A DNA stretch of 64,000 bases from Candidatus Dojkabacteria bacterium (GTDB taxonomy: Bacteria; Patescibacteriota; Dojkabacteria; SC72). Within the stretch, counting starts at the first letter, position 1, and every line of letters begins with the position of its first letter. The notes beneath the pieces are model-generated. The model had not been told where the DNA came from. It saw nothing but the letters and a program-made list of their open reading frames with translations, and did not search any database. Positions 19,854 to 29,665 of this stretch are shown here, piece after piece. The translations under genes were made by a program, and so were the position numbers. The stretch lies in contig DAOOVT010000001.1 in assembly GCA_035370405.1 (NCBI GenBank), positions 485-64,484 on the forward strand, written 5' to 3'.

Positions 19854-20762
19854 TTAGATAGCTAAATCAACAGGATACACGCCCATATCACTTAGCTTCT
19901 TCAACCTTCGTCTCACATAATCAGCATCCTCCCTATATGTTACACCAAACCACTCACCATCACTTTGCATAGCTTTAAAACTCATTTCCCCTTTGGAAAT
20001 CATTTCATTGAATATCTCAGGAAGAAGGAATTCATCCTTCAAGGGATCTTTCATACTCTTCAAAAATTCCCCAAACCTCTTTTCTAAGTGTGAGAAAACA
20101 TTGGGATACACACTAAACATATTCATAGAGACATTATCATCATCATTCAACACTACCTCTGCCCCATCTAGCTTCACTCCATGTATCCTTCCATCTTCTT
20201 TTCTCTCAATCTCAAAAACCTCTTCAACTTCTTTTAGATAGCCATTTTCAACTTTACATATACCTCTTTTTACTGTACCGTTAGCACTCAGAACATTTTT
20301 CAGCTTGTATGTCGTTATCCCATATAGCTTTTCGCTACATTCTTGAGAAAGAAACCTAGCAGAAATTTCAAAAGCTTCTCTACCATAGAAATCATCACCA
20401 TTGATTATTAGACAAGGCTCTTTTATTACGTCTTTACCCATCAGTAAGGCATGTCCTGTTCCCCATGGCTTTTCTCTTTCAACAGAACTTTTATACCAAC
20501 CTGGGACTTTGTCACAAGATTGAAATACATAAGAGATATCTATTTTCCCTCTATATTTTGACATAAACACATCATTAAAAGCCTCCTCCATATCTGGCCT
20601 TATTACAAAAACAACCTTGTTAAAACCAGCAGACAACGCATCATATATAGAATAATCAATTATTGTTCCACCTCCAGGACCAAATTTTTCCATTTGCTTG
20701 AGACCTCCATATCTGCTTCCCATACCTGCAGCAAGGACAAAGAGTGTAATATTCTTTTCCAT
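19854..20762 (-). CDS. Sugar-phosphate nucleotidyltransferase (UDP-sugar pyrophosphorylase-like).
   Basis: N-terminal LAAGMGSRYGGLKQ, the nucleotidyltransferase G-x-G-x-R motif. About 300 aa. Confidence 0.7.
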   Translation of the reverse strand: MEKNITLFVLAAGMGSRYGGLKQMEKFGPGGGTIIDYSIYDALSAGFNKVVFVIRPDMEEAFNDVFMSKYRGKIDISYVFQSCDKVPGWYKSSVEREKPWGTGHALLMGKDVIKEPCLIINGDDFYGREAFEISARFLSQECSEKLYGITTYKLKNVLSANGTVKRGICKVENGYLKEVEEVFEIERKEDGRIHGVKLDGAEVVLNDDDNVSMNMFSVYPNVFSHLEKRFGEFLKSMKDPLKDEFLLPEIFNEMISKGEMSFKAMQSDGEWFGVTYREDADYVRRRLKKLSDMGVYPVDLAI

Positions 20763-20809
20763 TCTCTCATACCATTACAATTTAGCTATCTCAGAATTTC
20801 TCATAAAAC

Positions 20810-20895
20810 GGAGAGACAGGGATTCGAACCCTGGGTACGGAAACCCGTACAACGGTTTTCAAGACCGTCCCTTTCGACCGCTCAGGCATCTCTCC
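20810..20895 (-). tRNA. tRNA-Ser (anticodon UGA).
   Basis: The reverse complement is GGAGAGA...ACGGT-CTTGAAA-ACCGT, a long variable arm, T-loop GTTCGAATC, acceptor TCTCTCC+G. Confidence 0.8.
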
Positions 20896-20913
20896 ACAAA
20901 CAGTGCAATTATA

Positions 20914-21897
20914 TCATAACTGCTTATCCTTATCGCCAAAAACCTCTTTTATGACATCTTCCAAAGATGGCTCTTCAACATCTATGTCTGCTACTTCGAA
21001 AGTATCCAAAAATTTAGATATATTTTCCGCTGGGTTATTTTTTTCTATCAAGATAACACCCTCTGTGCCATCAAATGAGACTATTTCACCAAACCTTGCG
21101 ATTTCTTTTGCCTTTACCTTGTTCTTCAAAACAAATTTAAGATATTTCTTTCGTATAAAAGAACTTGTTAAAGATTCTAACTTTCCATCATACATTATTT
21201 CCCCCTTGTCTATCATAATTATTCTCTCGCATAAATCAGAAACATCTTGCATATTATGACTTGTCAAAACTATTGTTGCATTATATTTCTCCCTATACTC
21301 CCTTAAAAAATTTCTCAAACTCTGTTGAGAAATAACATCTAATCCTAGTGTAGGTTCATCTAGGAATATAACCTGAGGAGAATGTAGAAGAGATACAACA
21401 AGTTCACACTTCATTCTTTCACCCAAAGATAGCTTTCTCACAGGAATATCTATTATTTCACCAATTTCTAAAATATCTATCATTTTTGACAATACTTTCT
21501 TGTACTCATTGTCATTAACTTCATATATTTCCTTATTCAACAAAAAAGATTCTTTTGCAGGTAGTTCCCACCAAAGTTGACTTCTATTACCCATTACAAA
21601 TGATATCTTTCTCAAAAAATCTCGTTTTCTCTTAATCGGCTCATAACCTAAAACCTCTACCTTCCCCATATCAGGTTTAAGTAGACCACAAAGACATTTC
21701 ATTGTGGTGGTTTTACCAGCCCCATTAGGACCTACAAAACCAACAAACTCACCTTTCGAGATATCAAAAGATATTGATTTTAATGCTGTAATTTCCTTAT
21801 ACCTACTCCTAAAGATATTACCTTTCAATTTCTGTCCAACATCTTTTTTTACCTTAAACTCTTTTCCTAAACTATCTACCCTTATTACATTTTTCAT
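20914..21897 (-). CDS. ABC transporter ATP-binding protein (ABC-2/DrrA-like).
   Basis: Walker A GPNGAGKTT. Signature LSLGERMK. Walker B IFLDEPTLGLD. No permease gene is adjacent. Confidence 0.8.
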   Translation of the reverse strand: MKNVIRVDSLGKEFKVKKDVGQKLKGNIFRSRYKEITALKSISFDISKGEFVGFVGPNGAGKTTTMKCLCGLLKPDMGKVEVLGYEPIKRKRDFLRKISFVMGNRSQLWWELPAKESFLLNKEIYEVNDNEYKKVLSKMIDILEIGEIIDIPVRKLSLGERMKCELVVSLLHSPQVIFLDEPTLGLDVISQQSLRNFLREYREKYNATIVLTSHNMQDVSDLCERIIMIDKGEIMYDGKLESLTSSFIRKKYLKFVLKNKVKAKEIARFGEIVSFDGTEGVILIEKNNPAENISKFLDTFEVADIDVEEPSLEDVIKEVFGDKDKQL

Positions 21898-21939
21898 ATT
21901 GGTTGACTAATCATTACTACATTACATATTATATATATC

Positions 21940-23154
21940 ATGAAATCTACCCAAGTACATAAAATAATGAGTTTGTTTGTATCTCTCGCAGTACTTCCTA
22001 CACTCTTAATACCTGTACATGCAACTGATTTAAATTCTGCAAATTACAAAATTGTCGGAATAACAACAAATTCTGGTGGAGGCATTGCCAATTCAACTAA
22101 CTACAAATTAATGACAATAACAGGAGAAATATCTGCCAATCCAAGTAGTTACTCATCATCATACAAAATGAATTTAGATCCTTCTGCCAATTTTGTGGCA
22201 GAGATTCCAACCTTACAATGCTTTGAAACAAATACAGGAACAGGAGCTACTCAATGCACATCAGCACCAGCAGAAGTATTGAGCGGAGGTATGCAGGCTG
22301 TATGCGGACAGCCTGGATGCTACGATAGAGCAAGATTTGAAATAAATCCAATGACTAATCCTTCAGATACACTATATAGTGTAGAAATATCAACTGATAG
22401 TTTTGTCAGCGATATTAAGTGTATAAATGCCTCAACATTTACTCCTAAGACTGACTCTTGTAACATCAATGACTTTAGAACTGAGAGCTATTGGGAAAAT
22501 GAGCTATTTAATATTGTAGGACTTACATCGGGAACTACATACTATATTAGAGTAACTGCCCTTCATGGGGATTTTACTCAATCCAATTATTCAAAAACTT
22601 TGCAAGCGACAACATCCCCTGCTTCAATTACTTTTGATATTGATGTCGCAGATGTTAATGGAACTTCTGCAGAATCTAATTCACCCTACTCTATCTCCTT
22701 TTCAGGTTCAGATAAATTGACTTCAGGAGCTTTTGCGGTAACAGCACATAATTTAATATGGCTTGATTTAGATACTAATGCATATGGGGGAGCATCTGTT
22801 ATACAATTTGGCAAGAATGGTGGACTATACAGTCCAACTACTACATACAAAATAATTTCTGCTAATGAAGACCTTGATGTCATGAATGCAGAAGGTTTTG
22901 GATTTCAAAGTCACTATATTAATTTTACAAATAGCTCTAGTTTAACTGGAAGTATTACTGCAGAAGCCAATTATGCTGGTAGTGGAAATATTGTAGGAAT
23001 AATTGGACAAAATGCACTCCGTATATATCTAGCTGATGGAGCTATAGCAAATGGACGAATGGGAATTTATTTGAAGGCAAGAGCAGGAATGTCTGCTCCT
23101 CCAGCTACTGACTATGGAGAGGATATTTTCTTCACAGTTGTACCGTTATATTAA
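21940..23154 (+). CDS. Secreted protein of unknown function with short SxNYK repeats.
   Basis: Signal peptide MKSTQVHKIMSLFVSLAVLPTLLIPVHA. Repeats NSANYKIVG / NSTNYKLMT / SSYKMNL. It has its own promoter. Confidence 0.4.
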   Translation: MKSTQVHKIMSLFVSLAVLPTLLIPVHATDLNSANYKIVGITTNSGGGIANSTNYKLMTITGEISANPSSYSSSYKMNLDPSANFVAEIPTLQCFETNTGTGATQCTSAPAEVLSGGMQAVCGQPGCYDRARFEINPMTNPSDTLYSVEISTDSFVSDIKCINASTFTPKTDSCNINDFRTESYWENELFNIVGLTSGTTYYIRVTALHGDFTQSNYSKTLQATTSPASITFDIDVADVNGTSAESNSPYSISFSGSDKLTSGAFAVTAHNLIWLDLDTNAYGGASVIQFGKNGGLYSPTTTYKIISANEDLDVMNAEGFGFQSHYINFTNSSSLTGSITAEANYAGSGNIVGIIGQNALRIYLADGAIANGRMGIYLKARAGMSAPPATDYGEDIFFTVVPLY

Positions 23155-23217
23155 GAAATTTTGCCTCCCCCTTAGTAATTAGTAATTTAGTAATATTGTT
23201 AATACCACTACAAAAAT

Positions 23218-23246
23218 TTGACATCATACTCACCAATAGTATATAT
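23218..23246 (+). promoter_or_regulatory. Near-consensus sigma70-type promoter upstream of the 23285 gene.
   Basis: TTGACA, a 16-17 nt spacer, then TATATA/ATATAT, about 40 nt upstream of the ATG. A TTAGTAA x3 tandem mini-repeat precedes it. Confidence 0.5.
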
Positions 23247-23284
23247 TTTTAATATTAAATAAAATGTCTGCCTAAAATACGCAT

Positions 23285-24421
23285 ATGAAAAAGAAGAAGC
23301 TCCTCGGTAACTTCAAAGGGTTTCTAACTTTAGCCTTAGTGGCTATCCTTTTGACCAGTTCGTTTGTATTCAAATCAAATGCAAACGCTTTAACATCAGC
23401 CTATCTGTATCTAAGCCGAATGAAGGTAAATATTACGGGAGCAGGAGCAGATACGCTTGAATACGTATTGGCATTCTCTACTTCTCAGACTATTCCAACT
23501 GGCGGAACGGTTACTTTGACTTTTCCTGACGACGATGATGGATTTTGGTGTAAGACGGCTGGAGCATTAACCGTTACAGGAGTAACTTCATCTTCTTCTG
23601 ATCTAGCTGGTACAAATTGGGCTATTGATGCTGCTCTACCAGCTGCAACAACCTTAACCGCATCATGTACTAAAGGATCAGGTGCAGGATCCGCAGACAA
23701 GATCACTATATCAAGTGTTGGAGCAATTTCTACTAGTACCACATATGGAGTAAAGCTCGCTAATGGAACAACAGCTGGGGTACTTGGTACTGATGACACT
23801 GCAGGGAATCACAATGTAACAATAGAGGTTAGAAATGGTACAGTTTCTGATTCTTCTACATTTGGTATTCGACTTATTGCAGATGATAGGGTTGTCATAT
23901 CAGCTACAGTTTCTGCAACTCCGTCTGTAACTTGCTCACTGAGTACAAATACAGTGAATCTTGGTTCACTTTACCCAGGGGGAGCCTTCACAACAGGACA
24001 ACATACAATTTCAACAACTACATCCGATACTGCTGGTGGATATTACTGGGCTGTATATGGTACAGGAAATGGTACAGATGCTGGACTTTACAAGAGTTCT
24101 GCAACAACATATTTAATACCATCAACTGGTTCTACAACTGTAGACCTAAGAGGAGTTGGAACTGAAGGTTTTGGAATGACTGCGTCTGATCCTGATGCAG
24201 CTTCGTCTGCAACAGTTTCTGCTAACTTTAGTGATGGGACATTGGGAGTTTTTGGAGCTTTAGACCCCGGAGTTTCAGGAGCTAAGCTTCTTCTGTCTCA
24301 ACAAGGAGCGCAAACATCAGCTGAGTCGTCTACAATTACATATGGTGCCAAAGCAGGAGCTTCAGCACAAACTGGGTCATATCAAGAAACAGTGACATTT
24401 ATATGTGGTGGTTACTATTAG
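23285..24421 (+). CDS. Secreted Thr/Ser/Gly/Ala-rich surface protein.
   Basis: Sec-type signal peptide with an ANA cleavage site. Extremely T/S/G-rich mature region. No LPxTG, and no pilin-type Glu at +5. Confidence 0.4.
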   Translation: MKKKKLLGNFKGFLTLALVAILLTSSFVFKSNANALTSAYLYLSRMKVNITGAGADTLEYVLAFSTSQTIPTGGTVTLTFPDDDDGFWCKTAGALTVTGVTSSSSDLAGTNWAIDAALPAATTLTASCTKGSGAGSADKITISSVGAISTSTTYGVKLANGTTAGVLGTDDTAGNHNVTIEVRNGTVSDSSTFGIRLIADDRVVISATVSATPSVTCSLSTNTVNLGSLYPGGAFTTGQHTISTTTSDTAGGYYWAVYGTGNGTDAGLYKSSATTYLIPSTGSTTVDLRGVGTEGFGMTASDPDAASSATVSANFSDGTLGVFGALDPGVSGAKLLLSQQGAQTSAESSTITYGAKAGASAQTGSYQETVTFICGGYY

Positions 24422-24440
24422 ACTAATATGAGGCAAATAC

Positions 24441-25421
24441 ATGCAAATATTTTACATTAGAAAACTTCCAATTGTTGTACTGCCTCTATTCCTGATAACC
24501 TTTTTTGGTATACTTTCACCACTTAAGGTATTTGCACAAGAAGATGTATCAATAGGCATGTCACCAACATACCAGAATCTAAAACTACAGCCTGGTTCTA
24601 AATATACAGGGGAATTAGTAACTTGGAATCTCTCACAAGAGTCTGCAAAATACAAAATTCTTGTAAAAGGATTTAAACAAATAGAAAACACTCCTGGGAC
24701 TGCCGTTTTGCTATCTGATGAAGAGGAACAAAAAGCACTCTACTCTGCTGCCTCCTGGATAACTGTAAATAGAGATACCATAGAATTAGTTCCTAACAAA
24801 AATGAAAAGATACTTTATGAAATAAATGTTCCTCAAAATGCCACAAAGGGAGAATATCACGCAATGATATCTCTAATTTCGGAAAATTATGCAAAATCCC
24901 CCGACTCTGCAACATTTACAAATGTCTCCTCCGGTATGCCAATACTCATAAAAATTGGTGATAATTTTGTTGAAAGTGCTGAACTCATATCATTCAAAAC
25001 TACCAAAAACATATATGAAAAACCCTCAGTATCATTTACAACAATCATAAATAACACAGGAGACACACACATCTCTCCTACTGGAGAAATCGTCCTTACG
25101 AATATATTTAATAAAGAAATTGCACGAATTAAATTCAATGCAAATTCTCAAAGTCTCCTAAGAGACAATACAGGGAACTATACAACTCAATGGACAGACA
25201 AGCTCATCACAGAAAACAAACAGCTTGCAATTGGTCCAATCAAAGCAGAACTAATAGTTACATACAGAGAATTACAACCTGGCTTCGCTCCGCTAATTGC
25301 ACAAACCTCTTTCTATATAATTCCATGGAAATGGATCCTGCTATTTGCAATCGTAATAGTTTTAATAGTAGTATTAGTAAGAGTAAAAAAACATAAAAAA
25401 AGACTAAATTCACATAAATAG
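24441..25421 (+). CDS. Cell-surface protein with a signal peptide and a C-terminal TM anchor.
   Basis: Signal peptide ending VFAQED. C-terminal TM WILLFAIVIVLIVVLV followed by RVKKHKKR. The architecture resembles DUF916/DUF3324-type surface-complex proteins. Confidence 0.4.
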   Translation: MQIFYIRKLPIVVLPLFLITFFGILSPLKVFAQEDVSIGMSPTYQNLKLQPGSKYTGELVTWNLSQESAKYKILVKGFKQIENTPGTAVLLSDEEEQKALYSAASWITVNRDTIELVPNKNEKILYEINVPQNATKGEYHAMISLISENYAKSPDSATFTNVSSGMPILIKIGDNFVESAELISFKTTKNIYEKPSVSFTTIINNTGDTHISPTGEIVLTNIFNKEIARIKFNANSQSLLRDNTGNYTTQWTDKLITENKQLAIGPIKAELIVTYRELQPGFAPLIAQTSFYIIPWKWILLFAIVIVLIVVLVRVKKHKKRLNSHK

Positions 25422-26336
25422 TTGGAAATGTCCAAGAGAAAACTGCCATTGGCAATGCTAGTCCTTGCCTTCATCTTTGTATCAATCACAAAGGAGTCTT
25501 TTGCATCTATGCAACTCTCTCCATTCACAAATGAGGTAATCGTAACAAATCAGCAATCAATCAATGGACAATTAACACTCCATAATGATGAAAACAAAGA
25601 CATCACAATAACTCCAGTAGTCTTTCTCTACGACCCTCAAAATCAAAGAATGATTGATACCATAACTAACATCTTCGTACAAACAAAACAAAAAACATAT
25701 ACCGTTCCCTCTGGAGAAACAACACAAATAGACTACACAATAACGCCATCTAAAGACCTCCCTGATGGTACATACTTTAATTTAATCGTGCTAAAAACCA
25801 CTTTAGACGACAACTCATCATCTACTGAATCAAAAGTTGGCTTAACTGCAAATATGTCGCACCTTGTGGTAATGCATAAAATTACAGATGAACAAAAATC
25901 AGTACAGTACAATACACAAGTAGAAATCCCAAACCATGGAATTCCATTCCTAAAACCAATAAAGGTAACCTACACAATTCAAAACACCTCAGGATATGTA
26001 CTAAAACCTTCTGGTGAAATACAAATATTCAACAACAAATCACACCAGCAACCAATCTACCTTAAAATAAATGAACAAGAAGAAAAAGTATATCCAGGAG
26101 GAAAACTACAACAAGAGTTCACAGTAAGTCAATGGTCTATACAAGACATCTTTTTCCCAAGACAGATAAATGCATACTTCTACAATGGCATAGATCAAAA
26201 CTATAATCTTGTATCAATACAAGAAAAAGTAAACCCAGTAATACAAATCATTTTAATACTAATTCCAGTATTCATAATCTCCTTTATCATCATTCTCATC
26301 AAAGACCTGCAAAAAGGAAAGAAACAAAAAAGTTAA
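25422..26336 (+). CDS. Cell-surface protein with a signal peptide and a C-terminal TM anchor.
   Basis: Signal peptide MEMSKRKLPLAMLVLAFIFVSITKESFA. C-terminal TM VIQIILILIPVFIISFIIILI, then KDLQKGKKQKS. Same architecture as the upstream neighbour, and the two genes abut (25421/25422). Confidence 0.4.
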   Translation: MEMSKRKLPLAMLVLAFIFVSITKESFASMQLSPFTNEVIVTNQQSINGQLTLHNDENKDITITPVVFLYDPQNQRMIDTITNIFVQTKQKTYTVPSGETTQIDYTITPSKDLPDGTYFNLIVLKTTLDDNSSSTESKVGLTANMSHLVVMHKITDEQKSVQYNTQVEIPNHGIPFLKPIKVTYTIQNTSGYVLKPSGEIQIFNNKSHQQPIYLKINEQEEKVYPGGKLQQEFTVSQWSIQDIFFPRQINAYFYNGIDQNYNLVSIQEKVNPVIQIILILIPVFIISFIIILIKDLQKGKKQKS

Positions 26337-27220
26337 TCTACAGAAAGAACTCTCTTGGTAGTTTTAAATGTCACCTTTGCAACCTTACTCAATTCCTTTT
26401 CCCCATACCTCACCACAAAATTCTTGGCAAAATCAATAACATCAGATGCACCTTTTGGAAACTCTAACCCATATTTTTCATTCATTTTCTTCATTTCACT
26501 AAGAAAAATTCCCCTAGCTAATACAGAAGCACCTGCAACAGCAATATCTGATTCTCCCCTGTGAAATTGATACACTTTAATACTTTTTCCCAATACACCA
26601 AGCTCACTGGACACCCTGCTTTTTGTGTTGGAAAATTGGTCTATTACTACATAGTCACACTTCACTCCTTTAGCTTTCAAATCCTTTAATGCAATCTCAA
26701 TAACCTTAGAATGCTGTCTTGCTAACACAATTGCCACATTCCCAATATCCCTAACCAACTCATTATATTCTTGCGGATACACAATAGATGAATAGTAATA
26801 TGGATACTCCTTAAGTTCTAAAAACATCCTTAATATTTTTTCATCAGATAACCTCTTTGAATCCATAATTCCTAAAGAACAAAACCTATCCATAAAATCA
26901 GAATTCACAAAACACCCAACCACAACAAGAGGACCAAAATAATCACCCTTCCCTACCTCATCTACACCTAAATGAGGACTAATCTTCTTTACATCACTCT
27001 CTTTAATTAAGCTCACTATCCCTTCAAAACTTTCTCTCCCTTGAAAAACAATCTTCCCTGTCGAATATACAGTACATACTGACCCCATCCTGTTTTTCAT
27101 AAACAAAACAACATATCTATTGGGAGAATCATGCTTAACCCAGCCATTACCAGCTAACACGCTCTCAACCTTCTTTACCTCTTCATCACTTAATTGTAAA
27201 CTCAATACATTCTGTTCCAT
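26333..27220 (-). CDS. rnhC: Ribonuclease HIII.
   Basis: An N-terminal approximately 80 aa TBP-like domain, then GVDEVGKGDYFGPLVVVGCFV (the RNase HII/HIII catalytic DE motif). Confidence 0.7.
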   Translation of the reverse strand: MEQNVLSLQLSDEEVKKVESVLAGNGWVKHDSPNRYVVLFMKNRMGSVCTVYSTGKIVFQGRESFEGIVSLIKESDVKKISPHLGVDEVGKGDYFGPLVVVGCFVNSDFMDRFCSLGIMDSKRLSDEKILRMFLELKEYPYYYSSIVYPQEYNELVRDIGNVAIVLARQHSKVIEIALKDLKAKGVKCDYVVIDQFSNTKSRVSSELGVLGKSIKVYQFHRGESDIAVAGASVLARGIFLSEMKKMNEKYGLEFPKGASDVIDFAKNFVVRYGEKELSKVAKVTFKTTKRVLSVD

Positions 27221-27222
27221 CT

Positions 27223-28683
27223 TTAAATTCTTTTAACACTCTGACCAGAAGGTGAATCTATCACCATATACCCAAACCCTTCTATTTTTTTACGAATAGC
27301 ATCCGCTTTGTCATAATCCTTACTTAATTTAGCCTCCTGCCTCTCTTTCAACAAAGTATCCAATTCCATATTCTGTCCTTCTTTGTACTCTTCTGATCCA
27401 TTCTCAATTAAACTCCCTTTGATATTAAGCCCTAAAACCCTATCAAAATCTAATATCGTTGCCAATTTATCCTTATTTTCCTCATTGGAATGTAGCATCT
27501 CATTAACAACTGCAAGAACTCCAGACATATTTAAATTATTCTCCAATTCCTTTTTAAACAAATCAACATATACTGGAATAACACTCCCTATATCATCTCC
27601 TAAATCTTTTACCTTACTAAAAAGTGAAAGCCTAGAATTCCTTGCTCCCTCTAAAGCACTGAGTGAAAAATTAATCCTACTATGGTAATTAACAGCCATA
27701 AAAAAGTACCTAATATCCATAGGATTATATCCTTTCTTCAAAATTTCATTCAATGTATCAGCTCCTCTACTCTTTGAAAGCTTTTCATTATCCTTATTCA
27801 CAAGCCATTCATTATGAATCCAATACTTAACAACAGGATGTCCAAAAGCAGCAATATTCTGAGCTCTTTCATTAGTATGATGAACTGGAATATGATCAAC
27901 ACCACCAGTATGAATATCAATATGCTCTCCAAGAACAGATGTACCCATAGCTGAACACTCAATATGCCAACCAGGAAAACCATTCCCCCACGGAGAATCC
28001 CAATTCATAATATGATTCTTGTATCTCCCCACCCTCTTCATCCACAACACAAAATCTGCTGAATTCCTCTTCTTTGGATCAACATTTACACCCTCTCTAA
28101 TCCCTTCAGCTTTCTCAGCAAGTTCCTGCCCAGTAAATATCGTATAGTCAGGAATTTTAGAAACATCGAAATACAAAGCTTGATCAGTCTCATATGTATA
28201 TCCATTCCTTTCTATTTTTTCTATCATAGAAATCATCTCTCCGATATACTCAGTAGCTCTAGTCCATCCATACTTCCCGATATTTGTATGATTCATACTC
28301 TCAGAAATTTCCTCTCCACTTGGAGTAAGAATGTTCAACAATCTAAAATCATTTAGCACCGAATCTATGTACTTATTTGCAATATCTAGTGGTGCAAGCC
28401 CCTCCTTAAGAGCTTCTTTATCCATTTTCTCTTCTCCAAAATCACTACCATAATCGTTACTAGATGTCATATGCCCCACATCAGTAATATTCATAATACG
28501 CTTAACATTATACCCACAATATACAAACGCTCTATGCAATATATCCCAATCAACATATGCCCTAATATTACCCAAATGCATATCATAATACACTGTTGGT
28601 CCACAACTATATATCTTCACCTCATGAGGATTATCCGTAATTATATCAACAACTTTTCCTTCCAAAGAAGAATACAACTTCAT
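27223..28683 (-). CDS. cysS: Cysteine--tRNA ligase.
   Basis: YSCGPTVYYDMHLGN (the HIGH region of CysRS) and KLSKSRG (KMSKS). Confidence 0.9.
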   Translation of the reverse strand: MKLYSSLEGKVVDIITDNPHEVKIYSCGPTVYYDMHLGNIRAYVDWDILHRAFVYCGYNVKRIMNITDVGHMTSSNDYGSDFGEEKMDKEALKEGLAPLDIANKYIDSVLNDFRLLNILTPSGEEISESMNHTNIGKYGWTRATEYIGEMISMIEKIERNGYTYETDQALYFDVSKIPDYTIFTGQELAEKAEGIREGVNVDPKKRNSADFVLWMKRVGRYKNHIMNWDSPWGNGFPGWHIECSAMGTSVLGEHIDIHTGGVDHIPVHHTNERAQNIAAFGHPVVKYWIHNEWLVNKDNEKLSKSRGADTLNEILKKGYNPMDIRYFFMAVNYHSRINFSLSALEGARNSRLSLFSKVKDLGDDIGSVIPVYVDLFKKELENNLNMSGVLAVVNEMLHSNEENKDKLATILDFDRVLGLNIKGSLIENGSEEYKEGQNMELDTLLKERQEAKLSKDYDKADAIRKKIEGFGYMVIDSPSGQSVKRI

Positions 28684-29306
28684 TAAATATTCCTCCTTCC
28701 TTCTAAAGCCCTTTTTAATGTTAATCTATCAGCATATTCAAGATCAGCTCCAGTAGGTAATCCCATTGCTAACCTTGTTACTCTAACTTTATTACTCTTA
28801 ACCAAATCTCCAAGCAAATCCATCACATATCCAGCAGTTGCTTCTCCTTCCAAGCTAGGATTTGTGGCAATTATCACTTCAATCTCATCCTCCTTCTCCA
28901 ACAATTCCATAACCCTCCTCTTCAATTGTGGAAAACGAAGCTCCTCTGCCCCTATACCTTCTGCAGGAGAAATCACCCCTCCTAACACAAAATAAACACC
29001 ATCATATATTCCAGAATTCTCAAAAGCTACAACATCTAGAGGTTCCTCTACAACACACACTTTATTACTCTTTCTCAAAGGACTAGAACAAATATCACAC
29101 ACCTCCTTATCAGTCACATTAAAACACTTAGGACAAGTTCTTACACTATTCTCCATCTCTATCAATGCATTTGCCAATTTAGAAGCATCCTTATTTGAAG
29201 ATCTTAAATAGTGATACACCATTCTCGATGCAGACTTAGGGCCAACGCCTGGAAGACGTCCAAACTCCTCTATTACTTTTTCAACACTAGAAGGTAATAC
29301 TGACAT
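28683..29306 (-). CDS. recR: Recombination protein RecR.
   Basis: LPGVGPKSASRM (HhH), a C4 zinc finger (CPKCFNVTDKEVCDIC), and a Toprim region. Confidence 0.9.
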   Translation of the reverse strand: MSVLPSSVEKVIEEFGRLPGVGPKSASRMVYHYLRSSNKDASKLANALIEMENSVRTCPKCFNVTDKEVCDICSSPLRKSNKVCVVEEPLDVVAFENSGIYDGVYFVLGGVISPAEGIGAEELRFPQLKRRVMELLEKEDEIEVIIATNPSLEGEATAGYVMDLLGDLVKSNKVRVTRLAMGLPTGADLEYADRLTLKRALEGRRNI

Positions 29307-29313
29307 ATCTTCC

Positions 29314-29604
29314 TTACTTAAACATATTTTTCAATTGATCTATATCCATATCTTGCACCATCTCCTTTTGAAGCCTCTTCTGATAATCCTTAAACGCCTC
29401 CTTAAAACCTTTCCTTATCTCATCTTCCATTCCAACTTCCAAATATTGCTCATCTATATGAATATCCTCCAATTCCTGAGCTCCATTCATATAGATACAA
29501 ATCAAACCATTCTTCGACTCACCCTTAATCTTCTTCTCTCTCATTTTACTTTGAAGTTTCTTAGCTTCATTTTGCATCTTTATTATCTCAACAGGATTCA
29601 ACAT
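29314..29604 (-). CDS. ybaB: YbaB/EbfC nucleoid-associated protein.
   Basis: 96 aa, MQNEAKKLQSKM... It sits between dnaX and recR, the conserved operon position. Confidence 0.8.
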   Translation of the reverse strand: MLNPVEIIKMQNEAKKLQSKMREKKIKGESKNGLICIYMNGAQELEDIHIDEQYLEVGMEDEIRKGFKEAFKDYQKRLQKEMVQDMDIDQLKNMFK

Positions 29605-29665
29605 ATCATTGAAAATATTAATTTATATTACTCTCCATACATTATATCAGGAAAAACAACAAAAC

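Noticed and set aside
20694-20954. ORFs of 73-86 aa overlapping tRNA-Ser, and similar ORFs over the Thr/Tyr tRNAs (50069-50290, 50407-50601).
   Set aside because: They are translations of structured tRNA sequence. The cloverleaf folds and anticodons are clear.
23171-23200. Possibility of a CRISPR array, here or anywhere else in the window.
   Set aside because: There are only three 7-bp tandem units. No array of 25-40 bp direct repeats with unique spacers was seen on either strand, and no cas genes are present.
23285-24421. Possibility that the Thr/Gly-rich protein is a type IV pilin or pseudopilin.
   Set aside because: The N-terminus has a Sec-type signal peptide with an A-x-A site and lacks the G/FTLIE class-III motif with Glu+5. 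It also lacks sortase LPxTG. It is called only as a secreted surface protein.
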